Of a stretch of DNA of 64,000 bases, positions 63,913 to 64,000 are shown one piece after another (within the stretch, counting starts at the first letter, position 1; each line of letters begins with the position of its first letter). The stretch comes from Octopus vulgaris (taxonomy: Eukaryota), in NCBI GenBank assembly GCA_951406725.2, contig OX597822.1, positions 91,698,001-91,762,000 of the forward strand. Direction: 5' to 3'. A program made the position numbers and the translations under genes. Below the pieces are notes generated by a model. It was given only the letters and a program-made list of their open reading frames with translations. It was not told where the DNA came from and did not search any database.

Positions 63913-64000
63913 CGGCGAGCTGGCAGAGACATTAGCATGCCGGGCGAAATACTTAGCAGTATTTCGTCTGCTGTTACGTTCTGAGTTCAAATTCCGCCGA
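63913..64000 (+). mobile_element. SINE family B, cut by the window end
   Basis: Matches the head at 25441. Confidence 0.85.

Overview
AT-rich, repeat-saturated animal genomic DNA. The SINE, RTE and microsatellite content resembles a coleoid cephalopod, probably Octopus; this is recognition from memory, not a database match. No confident host gene is present, only one possible two-exon remnant at 46067-46607 (-). The window is a nested mosaic: about 15 copies of a ~450-bp tRNA-derived SINE with an internal (TA)n/(TG)n tract, other SINE families, decayed RTE, CR1, L1/Tx1 and R4-like LINEs, Penelope-like (PLE) fragments, a decayed Gypsy element, Helitron-like elements, hAT, mariner, pogo/Tigger, Tc1 and Merlin-like DNA transposons, one intron-containing tRNA-Ile(UAU), and many microsatellites, which generate most of the ORF track. 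Most notable observations: (1) about nine type-I hammerhead ribozyme motifs, intact to degenerate, in largely unrelated sequence families, several in 200-300-bp cassettes set in (TA)n; (2) a C4HC3 PHD finger inside the RT domain of the RTE family; (3) a Merlin-like MITE with a head-to-head (TTAGGG)n/(CCCTAA)n core; (4) a twin-priming-type inversion; (5) several long hairpins and palindromes. All structures were read by eye, and the boundaries of decayed elements are approximate.
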